A DNA stretch of 64,000 nucleotides from a bacterium (GTDB lineage: Bacteria; Patescibacteriota; Minisyncoccia; Minisyncoccales; CG1-02-41-26): contig JAUWWY010000004.1 in the NCBI GenBank assembly GCA_030616605.1, positions 1,101-65,100 of the forward strand, given 5' to 3'. The notes under the pieces are model-generated. The model did no database searches. It saw only the letters and a program-made list of their open reading frames with translations, and had not been told where the DNA came from. The translations under genes were made by a program, and so were the position numbers. This document shows positions 7,817 through 16,155 of this stretch, piece by piece (the stretch's first letter is position 1; every line of letters begins with the position of its first letter).

Positions 7817-10570
7817 ATGGCTGTTTTTTCAAAAAAGAAAATCATTCTTTTTTCAATTTTATTTTTTTTAGGTTTATTTTTTATTTTAGTAGATTCTGCT
7901 GCTGCATGGTGTTATGATTCAGACTATGGTGAGAACTATTTTTACGCTGGATACTGTTATGATAGTTATTATGATGATACTTATTATGATCACTGTACCT
8001 ATAATCATGCCGTTGATTATTTCTGCACGGAAGGGTATTGTGACGTTGACACGAAGAATTGTAATGACTACGATGCTACTACTGAATATTGTTCTGGAAA
8101 TCTAATAATGTCTGACTTGGAGGATTTTTACTGTTCAGGCGGTTTGTGTGACTCTATCACATATACTTCCACAATTAAAAACTGTGATGACGATGATGGT
8201 TGGTACACGGTAAGTTTTTACTATGGCTGTGTTGGAGATTTTCTATACTTATACAACTATCAGGAATACCAGGATTGGAGTTGTTTGGATGCACTTTGTT
8301 ACGTTGAAGTCACTAATTGGCAAACTGTCAGCCAATTGTTTGATATCTGCGAAGACGCTTGGTTTAATGAAGGTGATCCTTACCGCTACTGTACTGAAAA
8401 TTATATGTGTAGCTATCAAAACCAAAGACTCTATTGGGGGGTCTGTACTATATTAGGGTGTTCGTCTGAGTGGAGTAATACTACTCAAATTGTACAAATA
8501 CCAGGTAGCTGTACTTATTGTCCTAATTGTACCCTAGACACTTGTGCGAGTCTTGGTGCAGAGTGCGGCACAAACATAGATGATGGATGCGGGGGTACTA
8601 TAGATTGCGGTGGCTGTGGTCCCTGTGGTGTTTGTAGCGCTGGGACTTGTTCTGCTATTTCTCCTGACCCGTGTTCTGGCTGTCAAACCTGCCAGGAGGT
8701 AGCCTCAAATGACTATCGTTGCCAGGATGATAGCAATCAATGTCCTCCTTGTCAGGTATGTGAGTCAGGTGTATGTAATATGCCAGAATATGATGAATCC
8801 GGCAAGGAATTAAAAATAATTAAGGATGGTAGGGTTTTAGCAGGTATTGACAGCAATGGTATAATGATAATACAGCGCTTTTTGAGAAGTGGCAGTCCTC
8901 CTAATGGTTTTAAAATTAAGGGTAGCAGTAGTGTTACAGCTGATTCTGTGACTATAAACCCGAATGCGGTTGGTGATTCCTCGGTTTGGGATGTAGTTGG
9001 TGCAACTTATAATTACCAGGCTGTGTCTGGTAGTGGATATGTTAAAGGCACTAATGGTCAGACTGATCTTTATCACATGCAGACATCAGGCGTGCTTGCA
9101 GGCAAGACAATCAACAATGTAAAGGTCTATTTCAGGTGTAGAATCAATTATGGTGAACCACGTGTGAAAGCAATTGTCAAGAGTGGTGGTTCTGTAAGTG
9201 AAAGAAGCCTTAAAACATTAGGGGCTAGTTACCAGCTTTTCTCTAGCACATTTTCCAGTAAACCAGGCGGTGGTGCCTGGACAAAGAGTGCTATAGATAG
9301 TTTACAAGTAGGTATTGTTGCTGCTGGTCCTGCTCCGCCTCCTAACGGCAACGGTCGCAACGGTCGCAACGGTCGTCCTCCTGTAATTAAGTCGCTGGTT
9401 GCAGGAACCAAAGTGCTCATGGCAGATGGGAAATATAAGAATATAGAGGATATCCAGGTTGGAGATTTGGTTACCTCGTTTGATGTTGAAACTTGGGAGT
9501 TTAAACAAGCGCTTGTTAGTAAAAAGACCACAGGTAGTAAACCCTATCTTGAGATTAATAAGGTATTGAAAGTTTCATTAACTCACCCTGTTTATGTTGT
9601 TGGAAAGGGATTTATTCCTGCCAGGGACATTATTATTGGAGACCGACTCATTAATGAACAGGGGGAAGAGGCAGTGGTTGAAAGCTTAAACTCTGTTGAT
9701 GAAAAAGTAGCTGTTCACGATATCGTATTAGATTCTTTCCAGACCTTTTTTGCTGATGAATATCTTGTCCACAATGCCGTACATGAAGCTCGATGTACCC
9801 AAGTCTATGCTGTGGTTAATTACACAGAAACGATTACAACCATTTCTGGGATTGATTCTAAAGGTAATCTTTGGCTTCCAGGAACTCTTTATGAGAATTC
9901 AACCTTAGTACCAACAGGCAAAAAAGAGCTTATTGTAAAAGGTGAGCTTGGTAATCTTGCTATGTTTGATGATTCTGGAAACCTTTATTTGAGGTGTGGT
10001 CTTATTGAAAATGGCTGGGGAATTCCAGACTCTACCAGCTGGGAACTGCCAACTTCTGCTTCGATGACGGTCTTCTATGGGGGTCAGGCGCCATGGACAA
10101 ATTATAATAATATTACTCAAGAAAGTAATTATGCAGTAAGTGAGATAACCACTGGCGCATCTTGGGAGATGAGTGGGGAGTTACATGCTTTTGATTTCCC
10201 CTTTAATCTGCATGCTGATGCAAAAAAAATTACAGGCATTGAAGTTCAGATAAGTCATAAGGCAAGTATCTGGTCCTCTATTTCAGACTATTTCGTGAAC
10301 TTAACTTATTATGGCGAGAGGCGGGACTCGAACAGAGCGAAGAGATACCGGGACGCATTTTGGAATATTCTATACTGGTCAACGAGCCAGGAGACTTTTA
10401 CTTATGGTGGTCCAGGGGATATGTGGAATCCTTTTGGATTAACTTATAGTGTGGATGAAATTAGAGATCAGCATATCGGGCTGAGTTTATTTGTAAGAAA
10501 TCTTCATCAAGGTAGCACTGATTCTGCCTATGTTTACTGGATAAAAATGAAGATTTATTATGACAGATAA
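7817..10570 (+). CDS. giant secreted Cys/Tyr/Asp-rich protein with embedded Hint/BIL domain (paralog B)
   Basis: Signal peptide. The N-terminal ~230 aa are unrelated to paralog A. The central region from about 8540 to 10030 aligns with A at about 3886-5400 with high nucleotide identity. The C-terminal module is diverged. Confidence 0.85.
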   Translation: MAVFSKKKIILFSILFFLGLFFILVDSAAAWCYDSDYGENYFYAGYCYDSYYDDTYYDHCTYNHAVDYFCTEGYCDVDTKNCNDYDATTEYCSGNLIMSDLEDFYCSGGLCDSITYTSTIKNCDDDDGWYTVSFYYGCVGDFLYLYNYQEYQDWSCLDALCYVEVTNWQTVSQLFDICEDAWFNEGDPYRYCTENYMCSYQNQRLYWGVCTILGCSSEWSNTTQIVQIPGSCTYCPNCTLDTCASLGAECGTNIDDGCGGTIDCGGCGPCGVCSAGTCSAISPDPCSGCQTCQEVASNDYRCQDDSNQCPPCQVCESGVCNMPEYDESGKELKIIKDGRVLAGIDSNGIMIIQRFLRSGSPPNGFKIKGSSSVTADSVTINPNAVGDSSVWDVVGATYNYQAVSGSGYVKGTNGQTDLYHMQTSGVLAGKTINNVKVYFRCRINYGEPRVKAIVKSGGSVSERSLKTLGASYQLFSSTFSSKPGGGAWTKSAIDSLQVGIVAAGPAPPPNGNGRNGRNGRPPVIKSLVAGTKVLMADGKYKNIEDIQVGDLVTSFDVETWEFKQALVSKKTTGSKPYLEINKVLKVSLTHPVYVVGKGFIPARDIIIGDRLINEQGEEAVVESLNSVDEKVAVHDIVLDSFQTFFADEYLVHNAVHEARCTQVYAVVNYTETITTISGIDSKGNLWLPGTLYENSTLVPTGKKELIVKGELGNLAMFDDSGNLYLRCGLIENGWGIPDSTSWELPTSASMTVFYGGQAPWTNYNNITQESNYAVSEITTGASWEMSGELHAFDFPFNLHADAKKITGIEVQISHKASIWSSISDYFVNLTYYGERRDSNRAKRYRDAFWNILYWSTSQETFTYGGPGDMWNPFGLTYSVDEIRDQHIGLSLFVRNLHQGSTDSAYVYWIKMKIYYDR
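9392..9775 (+). other. Hint / bacterial intein-like (BIL) domain, paralog B
   Basis: Same blocks as paralog A ('SLVAGTKVLMADG' ... 'LTHPVYV' ... 'FFADEYLVHN' followed by Ala). Ser codon 9392-9394, Asn codon 9773-9775. Confidence 0.75.
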
Positions 10571-10613
10571 GAAAAAAACCAGAATCATCACCGTCCCGAC
10601 CGGTGTCAATCGG

Positions 10614-10717
10614 TTAATATTTCTCTTGATATCACTGATGATGTTGGTTCTTGTACCATTACTAAAGAAATTGGAATAACTATTCCTTTACCTAAGTGGA
10701 AAGAAATAGGACCCTAA
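10614..10717 (+). pseudogene. 3'-terminal remnant of a second copy of the 5929..7254 gene
   Basis: The 104 nt at 10614..10717 match 7151..7254 with 2 mismatches, including the stop codon. No similarity exists upstream of 10614. Confidence 0.85.
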
Positions 10718-10852
10718 TCTTTTTGCTTCGCAAAAAGAAATTGATTTTCCCTTTACATTGAGGATTTTTTTTGTTAAAATTAGAAGTAGAAATTAACCTT
10801 GAATTAATTGATATGAATACTCATATGAATAATCAATTGTTCAATCAAAATT

Positions 10853-12382
10853 ATGAATCAACTTATCCTACTTTCAGTAGGTATTGTTTCGTTGATAATA
10901 GGAACAATTTTAGGCTATTATGCCCGGCAGTCAATTGTCAAAAGGAGAAAAGGAACAATAGAATCCAAGCTTCAAAAGAAAATCTTTCAAACAAAGAAAG
11001 AAAGTGAGGATATTTTAGCTGGAGCTCGACAAAAGGCAGCTAAAATTATTTTTGAAACTCAAAAAGAAACCGATGATAGAAGGAAAGAATTATTAAGAAC
11101 AGAAAGATTACTTTTTAGAAGAGAGCATATTTTAGATAGAAAGATTTCTAGTTTTGAAGGAAACGAAAAAGAATTTAAAGAGAAGATAAAAAAACTTAGA
11201 CAAATAAAGGAAGATTTAATCAATAAGCAAGAGGAAATTCGAAAGAGCTTAGAAAAAGTTTCCGGGCTTTCAGAAAAAGAAGCCAAAGAAAAATTGTTAA
11301 AGGAGATAGAAAACGCACACCAGAAGGAATTAATTGAAAGAATGAAAAAACTTAATATGGGGGGTGAAGAAAAATTTAAAGAGAGAGCCCAGGAGATATT
11401 GACTCAGGCCATTCAAAAGTACGCTTTATCTCAAGCTCAAGAAATAACCACTACCACTCTTTCTTTGCCCTCAGATGAGATAAAGGGGAGAATTATTGGA
11501 AAAGAAGGAAGAAACATTAAGGTATTTGAGAAATTAACAGGAGTTGAGGTTGTAGTTGATGATACTCCGGAAACAGTGATTATTTCTGGTTTTAATCCTG
11601 TTCGGCGTCATGTTGCAAAAATTGCTTTAGAAAAGCTGATTAAAGATGGAAGGATTCAACCAGCAAGAATTGAAGAGGAGATAAGAAAAGCAAAAGAAAA
11701 AATTGAAAACCAAATAGAAGAATTTGGTAGAAATGCTCTCTACGAAACAGGAATTATTGATTTGCCAGCAAAGTTAGTTCATCTCTTGGGAAGATTATAT
11801 TTCAGGACAAGCTATGGTCAAAATGTTCTTTTGCATTCAGTTGAAGTGGCTCATTTATCAGCAACCTTAGCTGGAGAGTTGGGGGGAAATATAAGAGTTG
11901 CTAAAAAAGCAGGGCTTTTACATGACATTGGAAAAGCGATAGATAGAGAAGTTGAAGGTTCGCATGTTGATATTGGAATTAAGATTTTAGAGAAATTTAA
12001 CCAAGAAAAAGAGACAATTGATGCCATGAAAGCCCACCATGAAGAATATGAAGCTGAAAGTCTTGAAGCAGTTCTGGTTAAAGTGGCAGACCAAATTTCT
12101 GGAGCAAGGCCCGGAGCTAGAAAAGATACGGTTGAGAATTATCTTAAGCGATTAGAAGAATTAGAAGAAATTGCCTTAGATTTTAAAGGTGTTAAAAAAG
12201 CTTATGCTATTCAAGCCGGAAGAGAAGTTAGGGTATTTGTTAGGCCAGAAGAAATTGGAGACCTTGAAACTCACAAGATGGCTAAAGATATTGCTTCAAG
12301 AATCCATCAGGAAATTAATTATCCAGGAGAAATAAAAGTTAATATAATAAGAGAGACCAGGGTTGTAGAATATGCCCGATAA
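10853..12382 (+). CDS. rny: ribonuclease Y
   Basis: N-terminal TM helix, long coiled coil, KH domain ('GRIIGKEGRNIKVFEKLTGVEVVVDD') and HD domain ('HSVEVAHLSATLA...LLHDIGKA'). Confidence 0.95.
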   Translation: MNQLILLSVGIVSLIIGTILGYYARQSIVKRRKGTIESKLQKKIFQTKKESEDILAGARQKAAKIIFETQKETDDRRKELLRTERLLFRREHILDRKISSFEGNEKEFKEKIKKLRQIKEDLINKQEEIRKSLEKVSGLSEKEAKEKLLKEIENAHQKELIERMKKLNMGGEEKFKERAQEILTQAIQKYALSQAQEITTTTLSLPSDEIKGRIIGKEGRNIKVFEKLTGVEVVVDDTPETVIISGFNPVRRHVAKIALEKLIKDGRIQPARIEEEIRKAKEKIENQIEEFGRNALYETGIIDLPAKLVHLLGRLYFRTSYGQNVLLHSVEVAHLSATLAGELGGNIRVAKKAGLLHDIGKAIDREVEGSHVDIGIKILEKFNQEKETIDAMKAHHEEYEAESLEAVLVKVADQISGARPGARKDTVENYLKRLEELEEIALDFKGVKKAYAIQAGREVRVFVRPEEIGDLETHKMAKDIASRIHQEINYPGEIKVNIIRETRVVEYAR

Positions 12383-12473
12383 GCGTTATGTTGTTTTTAT
12401 CGCTAAAAATGTGCTAAAATAGCCTAATTTAGTAAAAGGTCGATGAGATTTAATTAACTTTATTTATAAAATA

Positions 12474-12755
12474 ATGGCTAAAATAACAAAAGAAGATTTA
12501 GCGGGAACATTAGTAAAGGTTGCCGGATGCTCAAAAAAGTGTGCCGTTGATTGTTTAAATGCAATCTTGGATGAGGTTACAAATGCCCTCAAAGCAGAAA
12601 AGGACGTAGTTTTGACTGGCTTTGGTACTTTCTCTATTTCCAGGAGAAAAGCAAGAATGGGAAGAAATCCTCAAACCGGAGCTGCAATTAAAATTTCTGC
12701 CAGAAAAGCAGTGAAGTTTAAAGCCGGCAAGAGTTTAAAAGATTCAGTAAAGTAA
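12474..12755 (+). CDS. hup: HU family DNA-binding protein
   Basis: 93 aa. 'GFGTFSISRRKARMGRNPQTGAAIKISARKAVKFKAGKSLKD' is the HU/IHF arm signature. Confidence 0.9.
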   Translation: MAKITKEDLAGTLVKVAGCSKKCAVDCLNAILDEVTNALKAEKDVVLTGFGTFSISRRKARMGRNPQTGAAIKISARKAVKFKAGKSLKDSVK

Positions 12756-12785
12756 AGAATGAAAATTAGATAACTCAAAAGCTCT

Positions 12786-12809
12786 GCCCTGCACCCTACG
12801 GTGCAGGGC
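12786..12809 (+). terminator. GC-rich hairpin after hup (GCCCTGCACC ctac GGTGCAGGGC)
   Basis: 10-bp perfect stem read directly. Sits between convergent genes. Only a weak T tract follows. Confidence 0.5.
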
Positions 12810-12820
12810 TCTGCTTAATG

Positions 12821-12838
12821 CTGCACCCTATGGTGCAG
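12821..12838 (-). terminator. second hairpin (CTGCACC ctat GGTGCAG), a near copy of the first and overlapping the mutase stop
   Basis: Read directly. On the minus strand it overlaps the last codons and stop of the 12828..14195 gene. Confidence 0.35.
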
Positions 12839-14195
12839 GATTTTTGATTTTGTTCAGTTTTTCTTTCATCAATGATTTAGTCTTGGCCTCAACGCAAATC
12901 CTTAAAAGATTTTCGGTATTTGAAGGCCTGGCACTAAACCACCAATCTTTGAAATCAATCCTCAAACCATCTAAATGAGTGATTTTTCCCCCTTTGTATT
13001 TTTTCTCAAGTTCTTTTAATCTTCTTTTTTTATCTTTAACTTCAAGATTTACTATTCCTGAATAGTGGTATTTTTCATAAGCTTCAGTCAATTCTGAAAT
13101 AGACTTTTTACTTTCAGAAATTTTTTCTAATATTTTAAAAATTATAAATAACGGCACTTCACAAAAATTATGACTTTTCAAAAAAAAGTGGCCCGAATAT
13201 TCACCACCAAAAATTGCTTTTTCTTTTCGCATTTTTTCTTTAATAAAAGTGTGTCCGACTTTCCAAGCTATAGCTTTTCCATTATTTTTTTTAACCACCT
13301 CTTTAATAATATTGCTTGAACAGATAGTATAGATAATTTTTTCTCTTTTACTTTTTTTTAAAATTATTTCTGAAATCAAACAGGTAATAAAATCAGGCGG
13401 AATCACCTTACCTAACTCATTAACAAAAACAACTCTGTCTCCGTCGCCATCAAAGGCTACCCCTAAATCAGCTTTTCTCTGGCGGACGAGTTTTTTTAAA
13501 TCCTTTATATTTTTTTCTTCCAAGGGATTTGGAAGATGATTGGGAAAGGAGGAATCAAGTTTTGCGAAAAGATGGTAAATTCCAGAAGGTAAATATTTCT
13601 TAAGTTCTCTTATTAAAATTCCGGAAACAGCATTGCCAGTATCAATAACTATTTTTAAATTTTTTATTTTTTTAATATCTGCAGCTCGGAGATTAAATTT
13701 CAGATAATCTTTTAAAACATTTTTCTTTTTAATTTGTCCCAGCCTTGATGAAGACGGTTTTTTTTCTTTTTCAATCTGAAAAACCAATTTTTTAATTTTG
13801 TCCAAACCAGTATTACTTCCTATCATTTTTGCTCCTTTACTGACAATTTTTAGTCCATTGTATTGAGGGGGATTATGACTAGCTGTTATTATTATTCCGC
13901 CGTCAAAACCGTAATTCCAAACAGCAAAATAAAACATTGGGCTTGAAGAAAGACCAATGTCAATTAAATCTGCTCCTTCCATTAAAATTCCCTTTTTTAA
14001 GCTTGAAAAAAGAGCCGGAGAAGAAGCCCGATTGTCTCTACCAACAACAATTTTTAATTTTTTTTGCTGATTTCCTTTTCTTAAAAACCTAACAAAAGCT
14101 TTTCCCACTAGTTCAGCACTCTTTTTATTAAGTTCTTTGGGGTAAACCCCTCGAACATCATAGGCTTTAAAAATATTGGGATTAATTTTTATCAT
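12828..14195 (-). CDS. phosphomannomutase/phosphoglucomutase family protein
   Basis: Active-site loop 'TASHNPPQYNGLK', metal loop 'AFDGDGDR', four-domain length. Confidence 0.9.
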   Translation of the reverse strand: MIKINPNIFKAYDVRGVYPKELNKKSAELVGKAFVRFLRKGNQQKKLKIVVGRDNRASSPALFSSLKKGILMEGADLIDIGLSSSPMFYFAVWNYGFDGGIIITASHNPPQYNGLKIVSKGAKMIGSNTGLDKIKKLVFQIEKEKKPSSSRLGQIKKKNVLKDYLKFNLRAADIKKIKNLKIVIDTGNAVSGILIRELKKYLPSGIYHLFAKLDSSFPNHLPNPLEEKNIKDLKKLVRQRKADLGVAFDGDGDRVVFVNELGKVIPPDFITCLISEIILKKSKREKIIYTICSSNIIKEVVKKNNGKAIAWKVGHTFIKEKMRKEKAIFGGEYSGHFFLKSHNFCEVPLFIIFKILEKISESKKSISELTEAYEKYHYSGIVNLEVKDKKRRLKELEKKYKGGKITHLDGLRIDFKDWWFSARPSNTENLLRICVEAKTKSLMKEKLNKIKNPAP

Positions 14196-14250
14196 ACTTT
14201 AACTTAACAAAAAAATTGACATTTTGAAAGACATAGTTAAAATATATAAT

Positions 14251-14670
14251 ATGCCCGAGAAAATAAATTATGAATTGACAATTTTGGTTTCTCCGGAATT
14301 AAACCAAGAAGAAGCCGAAGATTTTTTAAAAAAGATTGAATCTTCAATTTTAGGAATTGGAGAAGTTTTAAGGTCAAAGAAACCCAAAAAAATAAATCTC
14401 AGTTACCTTATTAAAAACAGAGACAAAGCTTTTTTAACAGTTACGGAATTTAAGACTGAACCTACTCAGATTGAGACTTTGAAGAGCCAACTTGAAAAAG
14501 AAAAAGATATTTTGCGATTTTTATTGATAAGAAGAAAAGAAACTCAGAAAAAAATTAAAAGAAGAAAAATAAAAAAAGAAGAACAACCAAAAATAAAAGT
14601 ACTCAAAGAAAAGAAAAAGGTCGAATTAGACCAAATTGAAGAGAAATTAGAAGAAATTTTAGAAGAATAA
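14251..14670 (+). CDS. rpsF: 30S ribosomal protein S6 with K/E-rich C-terminal extension
   Basis: 'YELTILVSPELNQEEAE' is an S6 N-terminus. Position in the rpsF-ssb-rpsR trio. The ORF-track start at 14224 is TTG; ATG at 14251 is preferred. Confidence 0.8.
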   Translation: MPEKINYELTILVSPELNQEEAEDFLKKIESSILGIGEVLRSKKPKKINLSYLIKNRDKAFLTVTEFKTEPTQIETLKSQLEKEKDILRFLLIRRKETQKKIKRRKIKKEEQPKIKVLKEKKKVELDQIEEKLEEILEE

Positions 14671-14675
14671 TATTT

Positions 14676-15158
14676 ATGAATTTAAATAAAGTTTTTATTT
14701 TAGGCAATTTAACCCGGGATCCGGAAAGAAGAAATTTACCGTCGGGTCAACCAGTTACTTCTTTTGGAATAGCTACTAATCGCTTTTTTAATGACAAACA
14801 AGGTCAAAAACAGCAAGAAGTTGAATTTCATAATGTTACTACTTTTGGGAGATTAGCGGAAATTAGTTCTCAATATTTACAAAAAGGCTCTTTGGTTCTT
14901 ATTGAAGGAAGATTAAGAACTAGTTCTTGGCAGGATTCTTCGGGAAACAAACATTTTAAAACTGAAATTATTGCCAACAATTTACAACTTGGCCCAAGGA
15001 GAGCCACTCAGGAGCAAACCCAGACAAATTCTGATAAAGATATTCCGGTATCTGATAAAGATATTCCGGTAATAGAAGAAAATTCTAATTCTCCCACCAA
15101 TCCTACAGGAGATGAAGATGAAAAAGAAGAAATCGACATAAGCAAGATTCCTTTCTAA
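14676..15158 (+). CDS. ssb: single-stranded DNA-binding protein
   Basis: OB fold 'MNLNKVFILGNLTRDPERRNLPSGQPVTSFGIATNR...' and an acidic tip ending 'DISKIPF'. Confidence 0.9.
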   Translation: MNLNKVFILGNLTRDPERRNLPSGQPVTSFGIATNRFFNDKQGQKQQEVEFHNVTTFGRLAEISSQYLQKGSLVLIEGRLRTSSWQDSSGNKHFKTEIIANNLQLGPRRATQEQTQTNSDKDIPVSDKDIPVIEENSNSPTNPTGDEDEKEEIDISKIPF

Positions 15159-15159
15159 T

Positions 15160-15357
15160 ATGCACTGTTATTTTTGTCAAAGAAATATAAAAGAGATTGA
15201 TTTTCGGGATACTAAAACCTTGGAGAAGTTTATTTCGGCTGCCGGAAAAATTAAAGCTAGAAAAAAAACTAACTTTTGCTCTTTACATCAAAGAAGGCTG
15301 GCAGAAGCAATAAAAAGAGCCCGGTTTTTAGCTCTTTTGCCTTATACTAAAGAGTAA
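15160..15357 (+). CDS. rpsR: 30S ribosomal protein S18
   Basis: 65 aa. 'IDFRDTKTLEKFIS..GKI..RKKT..C..HQRRLAEAIKRARFLALLPY' is the S18 pattern. Confidence 0.85.
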   Translation: MHCYFCQRNIKEIDFRDTKTLEKFISAAGKIKARKKTNFCSLHQRRLAEAIKRARFLALLPYTKE

Positions 15358-15391
15358 ATTCCCGAGGTTTAATTTTGAGAATTTCCTATTT

Positions 15392-15463
15392 GGGCCTATA
15401 GTTCAAATGGCAGAGCACTGCTTTCGCATAGCAGAGATATGGGTTCAATTCCCATTAGGTCCA
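15392..15463 (+). tRNA. tRNA-Ala (anticodon CGC)
   Basis: Hand-folded cloverleaf. Acceptor GGGCCTA/TAGGTCC with the G3:U70 Ala identity pair, anticodon loop TTCGCAT, T arm ATGGG-TTCAATT-CCCAT. CCA is not encoded. Confidence 0.85.
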
Positions 15464-15469
15464 CCGTGT

Positions 15470-15494
15470 CGCCTCCCAGCAGAGGCGTTTTTTT
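15470..15494 (+). terminator. rho-independent terminator after tRNA-Ala
   Basis: CGCCTC ccagca GAGGCG followed by TTTTTTT. Confidence 0.7.
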
Positions 15495-15541
15495 ATTCTT
15501 CGCCTTCAGAGAAAGAGTAAGTACTCCTTCGGCTGAAAAAT

Positions 15542-15569
15542 TTGACAAAATTGGTTAAGTTTGTAAAAT
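15542..15569 (+). promoter_or_regulatory. sigma-70-type promoter for greA (TTGACA-16 nt-TAAAAT)
   Basis: Consensus -35 at 15542-15547 and -10 at 15564-15569. A leader hairpin CTGAGAA tat TTCTCAG and the SD AGGAAGGAG precede the ATG at 15635. Confidence 0.55.
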
Positions 15570-15634
15570 AAAACCGGTTACTGAGAATATTTCTCAGTTT
15601 TAACAATTAAATAACTCTAGGAAGGAGAAGAAAA

Positions 15635-16099
15635 ATGTCATACCTTTTTTTACGAGAAGATTTAGAAACGCTTGGTAAAAAAATCGAAGAAAATAAAACA
15701 AGACTGAAAGAGGCCTTAAAAAGAATTAGCGATAGCTGTAATGGAGGAAGTACTTGGCACGATAATTTTGATTTTGAGCAGGCCCAACGAGACGCTGCAA
15801 TGTGGTCGATCCGAGTGCGAGAACTAGTTTCTATTAGAAATAATATGAAGGTAGTTTATCCGGAAGATTTCAGGAGCGATGAAGTAAATATTGGCCGAGT
15901 TGTTACGATTCAAGACAAAGATACGGACGAAATAAAAACGTTTCAGATCGGAAGCTTCATGGTTTTAGACGAGGAGCGAAATGCTATTTCTTATAATACT
16001 CCCTTGGCCAAAGCTATTATAGGAGCGAAAATTGGCGAGATTAGAGAAGTAGAGACAGCTCAAAATAAAAGAAAAGTCAAAATTATTGAGATAAAATAA
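15635..16099 (+). CDS. greA: GreA/GreB family transcription elongation factor
   Basis: N-terminal coiled coil plus C-terminal 'VVTIQD..TDEIKTFQIGS.......NAISYNTPLAKAIIGAKIGEIREV'. Confidence 0.8.
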   Translation: MSYLFLREDLETLGKKIEENKTRLKEALKRISDSCNGGSTWHDNFDFEQAQRDAAMWSIRVRELVSIRNNMKVVYPEDFRSDEVNIGRVVTIQDKDTDEIKTFQIGSFMVLDEERNAISYNTPLAKAIIGAKIGEIREVETAQNKRKVKIIEIK

Positions 16100-16101
16100 A
16101 A

Positions 16102-16136
16102 AACGCGAAAGATTAAGGAACTTTCGCGTTTTTCTT
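16102..16136. terminator. bidirectional terminator hairpin between greA and the NUDIX gene
   Basis: AACGCGAAAG ... CTTTCGCGTT with a T-run on the plus side and an A-run upstream. Confidence 0.7.
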
Positions 16137-16155
16137 TTTCAGAGAATTTAATTAT

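Noticed and set aside
3886-10030. Diversity-generating retroelement (template/variable repeat pair) as an explanation for the two near-identical blocks
   Set aside because: No reverse transcriptase is in the window. The mismatches between the copies involve all base types rather than adenine-specific substitutions. Both copies are long in-frame coding regions.
10771-11007. ORF 10771..11007(+) upstream of and overlapping rny
   Set aside because: It is out of frame with, and overlapping, the well-supported RNase Y start region. It has a low-complexity translation and lies over the likely rny promoter (TTTACA-17-TAAAAT at 10752-10780).
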